64,000 nucleotides of DNA from contig NC_086097.1 of NCBI RefSeq assembly GCF_963921235.1, positions 229,402,001-229,466,000 on the forward strand, in the 5' to 3' direction. Positions 63,833 to 64,000 of the stretch are shown piece by piece. Numbering within the stretch: position 1 is the stretch's first letter; each line of letters begins with the position of its first letter. The position numbers and the translations under genes are program-made. The notes under the pieces are model-generated. The model made no database searches, was not told the origin of the DNA, and saw only the letters and a list, made by a program, of their open reading frames with translations. The stretch is from Mobula hypostoma. Lineage: Eukaryota.

Positions 63833-64000
63833 TTTTCAGTGATGAGTAAGCAGCGGAGAAATGCATTCCCTCTCCTGGTTCCATCTGCCTCTCTCACCTC
63901 ATTCTCGCATTTGTTGCTCAATGTTTTATTTAGAGATGCAGTGTGAAACAGGCCCTTCCAAACCTACCTATTTAATCCTAATCACATGACAATTTACAAC

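Overview
Vertebrate genomic DNA, most likely a cartilaginous fish (ray/shark-type repeat landscape; an inference from repeat families, not a database hit). Most of the window is nested, decayed transposon sequence: CR1 LINEs (one with an open 501-aa RT frame), Rex1/Babar LINEs, Penelope-like elements, tRNA-derived SINEs, Gypsy LTR remnants and two Tc1 DNA transposons. The only convincing host gene is a CpG-island exon at about 49.7-50.46 kb encoding an acidic N-terminus and a TTF-type (hAT-transposase-related) zinc finger. It ends at a strong splice donor, and no downstream exon was found in the window. The most notable structures are minimal hammerhead-ribozyme motifs in the Penelope-like termini (including a TSD-flanked 98-bp hairpin insertion), a miniature two-LTR Gypsy derivative, a YY1-headed non-autonomous retroposon family and several resolvable nested insertions. 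Nothing here shows a wholly new biological system. Repeat family names come from motif recognition, and the boundaries of degraded repeats are approximate.
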